A DNA stretch of 64,000 bases from Candidatus Hydrogenedentota bacterium (GTDB taxonomy: Bacteria; Hydrogenedentota; Hydrogenedentia; Hydrogenedentales; SLHB01), in the NCBI GenBank assembly GCA_963674865.2, contig CAXXYE010000009.1:960001-1024000 (forward strand), read 5' to 3'. A program made the position numbers and the translations under genes. Shown here piece by piece: positions 32,730 to 42,352 of this stretch; positions within the stretch are counted from its first letter, which is position 1; every line of letters begins with the position of its first letter. The notes below the pieces were generated by a model that saw nothing but the letters and a program-made list of their open reading frames with translations, was not told the DNA's origin and searched no databases.

Positions 32730-32940
32730 CAGTTTGTCGGACTCGGACCTTGTTTGTGTTCCGGATTGAGGCTTGAACCGGCTGTTCTTGGTTCCTAGGC
32801 GGCCTCGGCCGCGTCGGCTCTTCGGACAGCGATTGTCCGGCCCGCTCATCCTGTTGGTTGCTCCGGTCGCCCTACTCAAGCAAGAATGAAAATAGCTCCA
32901 TACACAACTAGACACGGCCTCCAAAAAACCGACAAGCAGC
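32729..32940. mobile_element. 212-bp MITE-like element filling the gap between convergent stop codons
   Basis: Ends GCAGTTTGTCGG / CCGACAAGCAGC (10/12 inverted match), flanked by TA on both sides (32727-28, 32941-42). Confidence 0.55.
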
Positions 32941-35285
32941 TAGCCCGCCTCCAGCACCACGAGCTTGTAGATATCGAGGGTCGGGATGACGAAGAACACG
33001 GTGCCGTCCTGGTAGGTGACGGACTGCGATTCTTCCTTCTTGCCGGGCTCGAGCACACGGGCGACAGCGCCTCGCCATTCCTCGCCCAGCGGCAGCGCGA
33101 CCTCGAGATTTGCCACGGGGGCCACGGGCTTCGACTGGGGGTGGGGGACGGCAGGGACGTTGTAGTTCACAATGTGGAGGAGCACCAGTGACTTGCTCTC
33201 TGTCTCCTTGCGGAACGCGCTGAAGCGGACCCCCATGGCGTCGTATGCGTCGGCGAGCCGGAGGGATTTGCCCAAGGCCGCTTCGAGGCGGGGCGCCAGC
33301 TCGCGCGCCTCGACGTAGCGATCCACACCTATCATGCGGTCGAGCTGATAAACCACCCCGGCGCTTCCCGAGGGGACGTTGAGACTGGACTCGCTGTAGG
33401 TCGCGAATTGAAGGGCGGCTTCGCGCGAGACGCGTGCCGGGCCGATCAAGTCATCCGGCCGCTCCGCCACGAGGACCCGATCCCCGCCTGAGCCGGCCAG
33501 GTCGTGCAGGCCGGGGGCTCGCCGCGCCACGCCGAAGGGCGTGTGGGTCGCCACATTGCCTATGAGAACGACGACGCCCCCTCGCTCGTGAAACGCGCGG
33601 ACGACCCGGAGCTGGGCGTCGGAGAGGTACTGTGGCCCGGCCAGGATCAGGGCGCGATAGGGCGCAAGCCCCCCCTCCTGCAATTGCCGCTCCGTGACGA
33701 CGTCGAACAGAATATGCTGTTCGGACAGATAGCGTGTGACATGGTAGATCCACTCCTGGTGCCTGGGATTCTCAAGAATGAGCTCGTCGAAGAGATATAC
33801 GACGCCCACGTCCGAGCAGGGGCGGGCGCCTGCAAGGAGGTCGGCGTGCTCATCGATGAAGGCACGCCAAGGCGCGCGTACCGCCGGGAAACGGGTGCTG
33901 GGCTGGATGTAGGCGGCGCCGCCGTTGGCGAGGTTTTCCGCGTAGCCGAGAGACACGGTTCCCTCGTGCTGATTGCCGTAAGGCAGCACGGCAGCCTGGA
34001 TGTCGAGGGCCAGAGACGCCCGGTACTGCAAGATGTGGTCGTTGTACAGGCCCGGCGCGACGGCCCCGGCGGTATTGCCTTCCTCGAACATCATGAAGTC
34101 CATGCCGGGCGCCCAGAGGACGCCGATATGGGCCATCTCCTCGCGGAACTCGGCCGCGTCAGGTTCTTCCAGATTGCCCCAATTGGGGGAGATGACGAAA
34201 TCTTTCTGGAATTCGCGGCCGGTTTCGCGCAACATGCGCAGGTTTTCGCAAACACTTGCGGCCCAAAAGCGCTTCGTCTCCGCCCAGAGCAGTCGTTCTT
34301 GGGGCGTCTCGATGCCCCACGCCGACAGGTTGCGAGTGCCGATCATCTGTTCGAGCGCGCCGGAGGAGTACTTCCGTTCCAGCCAGAGCCGGAAATCGTG
34401 GGCGGCGCCCCAGAGCCAGCCGTTGCCTGCCTCCTCGATTCGAGCCTCCGCGAGATCCGTGGCGCCGAACATCCGCCCCAGTTCTTCGTCGCTGCGGCTC
34501 TCTAACAAGAAATCGATGAAGGGGGGCGAGTTCTTAATCCAAACAAGGCGGCTGCCTCGCGTAGCGAGGGACGCCTCGGCGGGTGAGTCGACGTGCAAGG
34601 CCGCCTTGAGTTCGGCGGCGCTGTACTTGGCCGCAAGGAAGTCCTTGAACTTGGCCTGGCAGTGCTCGCAATAGCAGTTGAGGTTGCAGTTGTCCACGAA
34701 CACACCGTCATAGTCGACCTGGGCGATATGGCTGACGACGACCCGCTGAAATCGGTTGTAGTCGGGATTGTTGCAGCAGGGCGCCCAGCGGAACATATCC
34801 CATGCCAGGGCGTGCCCATGGCGTTTCTCGTAGTTGAAATGGGGCCTGCCGTTGGGCTCGCGGGCCATCCATTGAATCGGGTCCGTTTCTGGACGCGGGC
34901 CGACGCCGAGGCTGGCGTACTCGTCCCAATGATCATAGAACTCCCAGATGCCGAGCCGCTTGTCCGGCTCGCCCATGAGCGTTTGATTGCAGACATACGG
35001 GATGAGCTGAGTGCACCCGGCGCGGCGCAATCGCTCGAGCAATTGCTTGATCGTCTCGGTTCGGGCAAGCACCTCGTCGGGGGTGATGCGTCTCGGTGGG
35101 CCGTCATCCAGCGGCACGATCGGGCCGCACGAATTCGGGATGGGCACGTCATGGCCGAGGTGCATAAGATGCGGCGGGGCCTTAGCGATACTCTCGATCA
35201 GTTCCTCGGGATCGTAGGCAAATCCCCGGTAGCCGCCGTAGTCAATGCAGTAGGTGAATGGCCGGGACGTCTTCGAGCTTGCCAT
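32940..35285 (-). CDS. Putative glycoside hydrolase (GH42-like barrel plus trimerisation/GATase-like domain)
   Basis: YDGVFVDN, CYCEHC..FKDFL, DVGVVY..HILFDVV..YRALILAG..LSD. Start at ATG 35285 after an AGGAG RBS. Confidence 0.65.
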   Translation of the reverse strand: MASSKTSRPFTYCIDYGGYRGFAYDPEELIESIAKAPPHLMHLGHDVPIPNSCGPIVPLDDGPPRRITPDEVLARTETIKQLLERLRRAGCTQLIPYVCNQTLMGEPDKRLGIWEFYDHWDEYASLGVGPRPETDPIQWMAREPNGRPHFNYEKRHGHALAWDMFRWAPCCNNPDYNRFQRVVVSHIAQVDYDGVFVDNCNLNCYCEHCQAKFKDFLAAKYSAAELKAALHVDSPAEASLATRGSRLVWIKNSPPFIDFLLESRSDEELGRMFGATDLAEARIEEAGNGWLWGAAHDFRLWLERKYSSGALEQMIGTRNLSAWGIETPQERLLWAETKRFWAASVCENLRMLRETGREFQKDFVISPNWGNLEEPDAAEFREEMAHIGVLWAPGMDFMMFEEGNTAGAVAPGLYNDHILQYRASLALDIQAAVLPYGNQHEGTVSLGYAENLANGGAAYIQPSTRFPAVRAPWRAFIDEHADLLAGARPCSDVGVVYLFDELILENPRHQEWIYHVTRYLSEQHILFDVVTERQLQEGGLAPYRALILAGPQYLSDAQLRVVRAFHERGGVVVLIGNVATHTPFGVARRAPGLHDLAGSGGDRVLVAERPDDLIGPARVSREAALQFATYSESSLNVPSGSAGVVYQLDRMIGVDRYVEARELAPRLEAALGKSLRLADAYDAMGVRFSAFRKETESKSLVLLHIVNYNVPAVPHPQSKPVAPVANLEVALPLGEEWRGAVARVLEPGKKEESQSVTYQDGTVFFVIPTLDIYKLVVLEAG

Positions 35286-35404
35286 GGCATCTCCTCCTTT
35301 TGACACGGGGCGTGCACGCAACAACCGTGCAGGTTCGGGAGCCGGGATCCGCGGGATTATGGCGAGGCGGCGTGCGGAAGGCCAACGGCAGGCGGCCGGG
35401 GGCC

Positions 35405-35770
35405 TCAGCCCGCGGCACCGTATGTCAGTCTATAGATCAGCATGGCAAGAAAGGCGAGGGCGAGAAGCGACAGAAGCCAGCGGAGGCCGCGCACATCGAA
35501 TACGCTTTCGGCAGGTTTGGCATCCTCGGCGGCTTCGCTGGGCGGGATATCTATCTCCGCATTGCGTAGAATCTCTTTGGCCGCCTCCGCCTGTGCCTTC
35601 GGCACTTGAACACGCATGGGAGAGGCGACAACAAAAGGAGGATACCGGAGAAGGGCGGTGTTTTCCTCGGGGATGAAGGCCTCGATGCCATTCTCGCGTA
35701 AGATTCCTCGGACGAAGTCGGCACTCGTGATGCTCCTCAACTCCGCTATCGTCACCAGGTCTTCAGACAT
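35405..35770 (-). CDS. DUF2007-like small protein with C-terminal TM helix
   Basis: LVTIA..ADFVRGILRENGIEAFI..VQVP..AEAAKEIL pattern; GAGGTG RBS. Confidence 0.7.
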   Translation of the reverse strand: MSEDLVTIAELRSITSADFVRGILRENGIEAFIPEENTALLRYPPFVVASPMRVQVPKAQAEAAKEILRNAEIDIPPSEAAEDAKPAESVFDVRGLRWLLSLLALAFLAMLIYRLTYGAAG

Positions 35771-35847
35771 GACACCTCACTTGTAACTGAGCCACCGGCT
35801 CTGCCGGTGAGCATTGACAAGGCTCTGCCGCTCCAGTGTTTTCTTCT

Positions 35848-36235
35848 GACGGGATAACAGGATTACCAGAATCCGCACGTAAGCGTGGTCCTGCATCCCA
35901 AGTCCGCGCACTGGGGCAGGCAAGATGCCTGCGCCACAATCTCCGGCAGGCAGGATGCCTGCGCTACAATTGCCGGCGCGCTCGCCATTTGTCAAGACCC
36001 GCTTGCTAAGGTCCCTAGAAGGGCCCTGTTGTGGTGCAGGCTTCCAGAAGTCTGGCCAGAAGCTGCGGTTCCTGGTGAGATGCGGCCGGAAAGCATTTGT
36101 AAGCCCTTTTCTCCTAATACTCAAGACTGTCGGTCTCGTTGTTCGGTGGCTTTCTGGCCGCACCCCTGGCCTGCACATTCCCGCGCTTGGCTTCTGCGGA
36201 GAAGACCTAATTCTGTGAATCTCGTACATCTTGTC
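35848..36235. repeat. Composite intergenic repeat: REP-bearing element (copy 1) interrupted by a 120-bp MITE, inside an outer imperfect inverted repeat
   Basis: 35868-36047 and 36170-36191 are colinear with 41926-42096. Tandem REPs at 35916 and 35946; insert at about 36046-36167. Confidence 0.75.
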
Positions 36236-36284
36236 CAAAAAGTTCCTCGGCCCCTTTTGGGGGGCCTTTCTTAGTGCGTCGGCG

Positions 36285-36779
36285 TCAAGGCTCGTGTCGA
36301 ACGCCTTCAATCCGAAGGAGTTCCCGTTTCCAGTGGAGGCCCGCCGAGAATCCGCCCAGCCGCCCGCCCGCGCCAAGGAAGCGATGACAAGGCACAATGA
36401 TAGGTACGGGGTTGGCGCCGAGTGCTTGGCCGACGGCGCGCGCGGCGGAGGGCCGGCCCACGCGGCGGGCAAGGCCGCCGTAGGTATCCCATTGCGCCCA
36501 AGAGACGGTTCGCGCCGCCTCCCAAACTCGCCGCCGGAAGGGCGTTCCCTTGCTCAGGTCGAGGGGGATCGCCGCGAAATCCTCCTGCAAGCCGGCGAAA
36601 TAGCGTTCCAGGGCCGCGGAAAGCGCCCGGACGCGGGCGTCGTTGACGGAGGAATGGAGCACGGGAATCCGAACCGCCCGGCCGGGCGACGGCAGCACCA
36701 GCGATTGGAGGCCGGCCGGTGAAAACCACCCGTATAGCATTCCGTTGGGATGCGAGAACGAGAAATTGGCCGTGTCCAC
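36285..36779 (-). CDS. ogt: Methylated-DNA--protein-cysteine methyltransferase
   Basis: GTPFRRRVW, TYG.LA, ARAVGQA..ANPVPIIVPCHR. Confidence 0.9.
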   Translation of the reverse strand: MDTANFSFSHPNGMLYGWFSPAGLQSLVLPSPGRAVRIPVLHSSVNDARVRALSAALERYFAGLQEDFAAIPLDLSKGTPFRRRVWEAARTVSWAQWDTYGGLARRVGRPSAARAVGQALGANPVPIIVPCHRFLGAGGRLGGFSAGLHWKRELLRIEGVRHEP

Positions 36780-36821
36780 GGCGATTTTCCCCCGGCATAG
36801 CCGGGGGCCTCCTTTCTTATG

Positions 36822-36865
36822 CTAGAAGTCTGGCCTGAAAGCGCGGTTCCCGGCCGCACCCCTAG
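36822..36865. mobile_element. About 40-bp minimal MITE, same family as the 36046-36167 insert
   Basis: CTAG-AAGTCTGGCC...GGCCGCACCC-CTAG; both ends are shared with the 120-bp insert. Confidence 0.6.
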
Positions 36866-36873
36866 CGTGTGTC

Positions 36874-37599
36874 TTAACGCTGCCCTTTCAGCACCTGGAA
36901 AAGGGCAATGCCCGCCGCCACGGACACGTTGAGGCTGTCCAGCCCATTTGCCAGAGGGATTCCGGCAAGCATGTCGCAGTCTTTACGCGTGTTTTGACGG
37001 AGCCCTTGATTCTCATTGCCCAAGACGAGGGCACAACGGCTTGCCCACGGTATCGAGAAAACATCCGTGTCAGCACTTGCATCTAGGCCGTACACCCAGA
37101 AATCCGCGTCCTTGAGCGCTCGCAATGCCCGCCCCAGGTTCTTACAGGGCACGATGGGGACATGGTAGGCAGCTCCTGCGCTGGCGCGCAGGACGGTATC
37201 GTCGACAAGGGCCGCCCCGCGTTCCGGGAGCAACACGCCCGACGCCCCCGCCCCCGCGGCCGTACGGATGAGCATGCCCACATTCTTGGGATGCTGCACC
37301 CCGTCCAACACGAGCAGCAAGGAGCGAGGGGGGCACGCAGCCAGGCAATCCGGCAGGGCCGTGTACTCGATCGGGCTGACGAGGGCGGCCACTCCCTGGT
37401 GCTCGCGGGTGCCCGTCAATTCATTCAGCTTGGCCTGGGGAACAAAATCATAGGGCGTCTTGTGTGTTTTCGCCTCTTCGAGGAGGCCTTTCCATGCTCG
37501 CGCACGCGATTCCTTGGCGAGATACAGGCGGTTCACTCGGCGTCCCGCGCGTAGTGCTTCCCGCACGCAGTTCATTCCATACACAACGTTGCCGGCCAT
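36874..37599 (-). CDS. rlmB: 23S rRNA Gm2251 2'-O-methyltransferase (SpoU family)
   Basis: HQGVAA, LDGVQHPKNVG..RTA, LGNE..GL, DSLNVSVA. Confidence 0.9.
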   Translation of the reverse strand: MAGNVVYGMNCVREALRAGRRVNRLYLAKESRARAWKGLLEEAKTHKTPYDFVPQAKLNELTGTREHQGVAALVSPIEYTALPDCLAACPPRSLLLVLDGVQHPKNVGMLIRTAAGAGASGVLLPERGAALVDDTVLRASAGAAYHVPIVPCKNLGRALRALKDADFWVYGLDASADTDVFSIPWASRCALVLGNENQGLRQNTRKDCDMLAGIPLANGLDSLNVSVAAGIALFQVLKGQR

Positions 37600-37799
37600 G
37601 CCTAGAGCCTATAGGACTATCACTTCCGAGACAAGGGGGGAGCGTGCGCGGAGGTTCTTTTAGTGTGTCACGCTGCGGCGGGTGCGGCAAGGCGAGAAGT
37701 CGCCCCAAGAGCCACCCGTTCGGGATTGACTGAGGCCGCGGCGCGGAGTATGTCTATACGGCGTGTTTGGTGCGGGACGTCGAGGGGAGAAAACGAGTC

Positions 37800-39966
37800 A
37801 TGCGGACGCTTCTTATCGCTGTGGAGGTCCTCTGGGCCGTGACGGCCGCCGCGGGGCCTATCGTTGTGGATGGTGAGATCGGGGACTGGGCCGACGAATC
37901 CGCGGCCCGGATAGGAGATGCCCCCGGCCAGCCGCACACGCGTGCCGACGGCCTGGATCCGTTGTGGGGCGCGGGCCGACATCGTGGAGTGGGGCGCCGC
38001 GTCGGACGGCGCGTCATTCTACGGATACATCCGCACCGCGGAGCGCCTGGAACTAGGCGAGGCGACGAACCTGCGCATCGGCTTTCTCGTGGACGCAGAC
38101 GGGGAACAGGCTACCGGCGTCGAGGGCGGGCCAATCTTCAGCGCTTTGTGGCTCGAATTGCTCAAGCCGTGGGGATTCCGCACCTACGATGAGTATTGGG
38201 AGCTGGGCGTCGAGGATGGGCCGGAGGGCGTCGTCGAGTACCGGGACTATACGTATGGCGGGCGGGGCGAGGCCGACACGCCGGAGGACGGTGCCTGGGC
38301 CATCGGGCCGGACGGCCGGACGCTGGAGATGCGCCTGTCGTATGCGACGCTCAACGCCGATCTTGGCGTGCCCGCGCCATTCGGGCCGGAAACGCGCTAC
38401 TTCGTGTGCCCATTCATCAACCGGCGCCTCGGGCCGAACCGCCGCGAGGTCGACGTGGGCGACACGTTTGCCATCGTCCACTCATCGGCCGGGGCGCCGA
38501 CGGTGGCCGTGGCGGCGGGAGAGCCGCGGCTGACGGTGTTGCCAGAGGTCTTCTCTCCGAACGGCGATGGGTGCAATGACCGCGCGAGCATCACGCTGGT
38601 GGATGTCCCCTATCCTGCGGGGGCCGCCATCGAAGTGAGGGCCGCGGACGGGGCCGGCGTGGTGTGGCGTGGCTCGTTGGGTGATGCGGCCTGGGAGTGG
38701 GACGGCTTCGATATCCATGGCAGGCCCGTGCCCGATGGCAGTTACACGGTGTCGATGCGTTCGGGCGATGTGGAGGTATCCGCGCCGGTGACGGTTCGGC
38801 GCTCGACACGGTTCGCGCCGATTCGGCCGTTCTCGCCGAGAACCTTCCCCGTGTTGATGTGGGTAGCTTTGGTTCAAGGCCTTCGGACGGAGCCTACGGA
38901 GGAGTCGCGCGCCTACATCCGTGCCACGTTGAGCGACCTCAAGCATCTGAACGTTGACGTGGCCTTCTACATCTGGGCGGCCCGGCCCATGCACGCGCTG
39001 TTGATCGAGGAGGCGCGGGCCGCGGGGATGCAGGTTGTCCTCCATCTTGTTGATGTGACTCAGGCCATATCGAGTGAGCACCGGCTCACGGAAGAGGAGG
39101 CGCTGGCTCTCGCGCGGGAGGCCCTCGAGCCTTATCTGGACGAGCCGGCGGTGTATGGCTACTACATGATTGACGAGCCTTGGCCGCAGCGGCGTTACAA
39201 CTTGCGCCTCATCAGCCGCGCATTGGCCACGGCCGATCCTTCGCGGCCGGCCTTTGCCTGCCTGAACGGCACCGGGAGGGACGCGGCGGCGTACTTCACA
39301 GCCGTTCCGATGGCCGCGCTCTACCACGACAACTATCCCATCCAACAGGGGCGGCCGCACGACCCCTTCCCGCAATTCTCGAAGGATATGGCCGCTATCT
39401 ACGAGGGCGCCCGTCGATTCGGCGCTCCGGCGTGGCTGGCGCCGCAAACGTTCGGCAGTCCGAGCGAAAACATCCCCTGGCCGACGGCGGCGGAGTACGA
39501 GGCCATGATCTACACCGCCTTGGGCCAAGGAATCCGGGGCATCTTCCACTTCGTCCATCACGGGATAGCCGTCGAGGAGCGGACGGATACGGGTGAGGTC
39601 CGGTTCCGTCCGCATGAACTCTATCCGACGGTGGCGCGCATCGACGCCGAACTCCACCAGTTGGGGCCCGTCCTCTTGCGTTCCCGGCCGGATCGCGACA
39701 CGAAGTTGTCGGCCCTTCCGCAGACGGTGTACACCTTTCCGCTACGCGATGAGGGCCAGGGCCGCTACGTGATCGTCGTCAATACCGACGTCGAGCGGGC
39801 CGTCACCGGCCTGGTGACGGCGCCGGGTCTATCGCCGGGGGCGAAGTGGCGGGATCTGTTGGACGGCTCGACTTTAGCCGTGGACGAGACGGAGGCCGGG
39901 GCGGCCGTGCCCATTCCGCTAAAGGCGGGGCAAGGCCGCATGCTGGAAGTGGTGACAGGGCCGTAG
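37800..39966 (+). pseudogene. Secreted multi-domain putative glycoside hydrolase (FlgD/Ig-like plus TIM barrel) with an apparent frameshift near 37965-37975
   Basis: The signal peptide and IVVDGEIGDW are in the 37800 frame. The body (FSPNGDG, WEWDG..G..VPDGSY, YYMIDEP) is in the 37918 frame. May be a sequencing error. Confidence 0.65.
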
Positions 39967-39996
39967 GGCGAAGCAAGGGCGTGGCGCGACAGTGGC

Positions 39997-40926
39997 CTAG
40001 GCCTTTTTCGAGGCGTGGACGACGATGGCCGCCGAGAAAGGATAGATATACCGGCCGCGCGTCAGCCGGCAAAGGGCAATGCCGGGGAGCTTGATTCCCC
40101 AGAGCATGAGCGCGGCGAGGGCGCTCGAACTGGAATAGGGCCGCGCGACCTCGACCTCGATATCCGTCAGGCCCGCCTGCTCGAAGTACCGGGGCAGCGT
40201 CTTCGGCGAGAAGTCGAAAAGGTGGCGGGGCGCCTCAAAGTGGATGGGCAGCCACGGGAGCCACTTCTTGAGCTTGAAGTAAGGCGTCACATAAGGCACC
40301 TGAACGATCAGCAATCCGCCGGGCGCCAGCCATGAAGTCAGGCGCTCGAACGCCGCCCGCGGATCCTTCATGTGCTCCATGACGGCCACCAACACGATGC
40401 AGTCCTGACTGGCGGGGGGGAACTCGACATCCTCGAGAACGCCTACCTCAACGGATGCCTTCGGCACGTTCCGCCGCACGTACTGCACCGCCGTCTCGCT
40501 CACGTCGATGGCGGACAACTCCCAGGGGAGGTCTTCAATGCGCTTGAGGAGCGGCCCATAGCCGCAGCCGATCTCGAGTAGTCTCCCGCCGTTGGGGCGG
40601 CGGCGGATCAGAACCTTGCGGAGATGCCGCTCGACGGCCCCAAGCGAGCGCGCCCTGACCTCCTCCTCCGCGTCGGTGGTATACATCCCCGCGTAGAACT
40701 TGGGAAGCTCTTCCCGCGTGGGCTGGGGATTGACGTACACCAAGCCGCAGTTCGTGCATTCGCGGATATCGAAGGAGAGTTCCGTGGCCAGCAGGTTGAA
40801 CTTGTCGCTGCCGCAGAGATTGCAGTTGACTTCCTCGGTGTGCTCGAGGCTGAAGGAGTGGTTGAATGTTGTGAAGAATGAACGCTTGACTTCCATTGGC
40901 GATCCGCCGTTCCCGGCCTCTCCCAT
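39997..40926 (-). CDS. Class I SAM-dependent methyltransferase with N-terminal CxxC...CxxC zinc motif
   Basis: CNLCG..CTNCGLVYVNP, LLEIGCGYG, VMEHMKDP. Start may be 10 codons later. Confidence 0.87.
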   Translation of the reverse strand: MGEAGNGGSPMEVKRSFFTTFNHSFSLEHTEEVNCNLCGSDKFNLLATELSFDIRECTNCGLVYVNPQPTREELPKFYAGMYTTDAEEEVRARSLGAVERHLRKVLIRRRPNGGRLLEIGCGYGPLLKRIEDLPWELSAIDVSETAVQYVRRNVPKASVEVGVLEDVEFPPASQDCIVLVAVMEHMKDPRAAFERLTSWLAPGGLLIVQVPYVTPYFKLKKWLPWLPIHFEAPRHLFDFSPKTLPRYFEQAGLTDIEVEVARPYSSSSALAALMLWGIKLPGIALCRLTRGRYIYPFSAAIVVHASKKA

Positions 40927-41838
40927 CTATATCGTCAGGCGGGCTGAATCGCCCGGCCGGCCGGCCAATTCCCACCGCGCCAACAGTTGGCGCAGGTACT
41001 CCGCGTAGGCGCTGCTTCCCATGCTGTCGGCCTCTTCAACGACCTGCTCAGGCTTGATCCAGCCTTGCCGCCATGCAATCTCCTCGAGACAGGCAATCTT
41101 GAGTCCCTGGCGCTCTTCGATGGCCTGAACGAACTGCCCCGCCTCCATGAGACTGCGATTCGTGCCCGTATCGAGCCACGCGATGCCGCGGCCGAGCATC
41201 TCGACCTTCAACCGGCCCTGGCCCAGGTACATCCGGTTCAGATCGGTGATCTCGAGTTCGCCGCGCGCGCTGGGCTTCAACGCCTTCGCCAATCCAACGA
41301 CATCGGGGCCGTAGAAGTAGAGGCCGGGCACCGCAAAGGGGCTGCGCGGATGCTCAGGCTTCTCCTCGAGGCTGATGGCCTCTCCTTGCTCGTTGAATTC
41401 GACAACGCCGTAGCGCTGGGGCTCGACGACGTAGTACCCGAAGATCAGAGCGCCGTCTTGGATCGAACCGGCGCGTTGAAGGACGCCGCCAATCCCTCCG
41501 CCGTAGAAGATGTTATCTCCCAGGATCAGGCACGCCGGGCTGTCGCCGAGGAAGTCCTCGCCGATGATGAACGCCTGCGCAAGTCCTTCCGGGCGAGGCT
41601 GTTCCGCATAGGAGAACGAGACGCCTAACCGGGCGCCGTCCCCGAGCAGCTTCCGGAAAAGAGGCAGATCATGGGGAGTCGATATGATCAGGATGTCCCG
41701 GATCCCCGCCAGCATCAAGGTGCTGAGCGGGTAGTAGATCATAGGCTTGTCGTATACCGGCAGGAGCTGTTTGCTCACGACACGAGTCAAGGGGTGCAGC
41801 CGGGTGCCCGCCCCGCCCGCGAGGATAATCCCTTTCAT
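40927..41838 (-). CDS. rmlA: Glucose-1-phosphate thymidylyltransferase
   Basis: [48 protein letters not shown]. Confidence 0.96.
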   Translation of the reverse strand: MKGIILAGGAGTRLHPLTRVVSKQLLPVYDKPMIYYPLSTLMLAGIRDILIISTPHDLPLFRKLLGDGARLGVSFSYAEQPRPEGLAQAFIIGEDFLGDSPACLILGDNIFYGGGIGGVLQRAGSIQDGALIFGYYVVEPQRYGVVEFNEQGEAISLEEKPEHPRSPFAVPGLYFYGPDVVGLAKALKPSARGELEITDLNRMYLGQGRLKVEMLGRGIAWLDTGTNRSLMEAGQFVQAIEERQGLKIACLEEIAWRQGWIKPEQVVEEADSMGSSAYAEYLRQLLARWELAGRPGDSARLTI

Positions 41839-41925
41839 TTCCTGCCTTTCCGCGTTATGCCCTGGGACACGCGGGCGGCATTATAGGCGGCGAAACAGGT
41901 GTATTCAACGGAGCGAACGCCGACT

Positions 41926-42126
41926 AGAATCCGCGCGTAAGCGTGGTCCTGCATCCCAAACACGCGCGCCGGAAGCAGGCAGGATGCCCGCGCTACAAAC
42001 TCCGGCGCGCTCGCTCTTTGTCAAGACCCGCTTGCCAAAGTCCAAGAATGGCCCTACTGTGGCGCAGGCTTCCAGCCTGCATATTCCCTCGATTGGCGCG
42101 AAACCTGCCCGGCTTACGTGCGGATT
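41926..42126. repeat. About 200-bp REP-doublet/MITE-like element (copy 2, uninterrupted)
   Basis: 15-bp TIRs AATCCGCGCGTAAGC (41928) / GCTTACGTGCGGATT (42112), 14/15 match. Inverted GTAG/GTGG-type REPs at 41975-41998 and 42058-42080. Confidence 0.78.
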
Positions 42127-42352
42127 GGGGGCCGACTCGCGGCCTCGCCCAATCTCCCAGACATACCTCGACGTGTCTAGCCTATGGTTTCGCGGCAAGG
42201 CGAGTGGAGGTTTTCGCGGATACGTTCAGTCACAACACGCTACACCACGTCACTTGGCACTTACAATATTCTATGCTACTCTACGCCTACTGATAGGGGG
42301 CGTTCAGCCGTGTAGGCGCCGCGGGCGAGCGAAACGGGAGGACAAGAGACTC

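Noticed and set aside
35916..35969. CRISPR array
   Set aside because: Only two tandem 24-bp units with a 6-nt spacer; REP-like, and no cas genes.
35777..36274. ORFs 35777-36472, 35885-36274 and the N-terminal extension 41747-42352
   Set aside because: They are translations of the REP/MITE repeats (AGRMPAL-type peptides).
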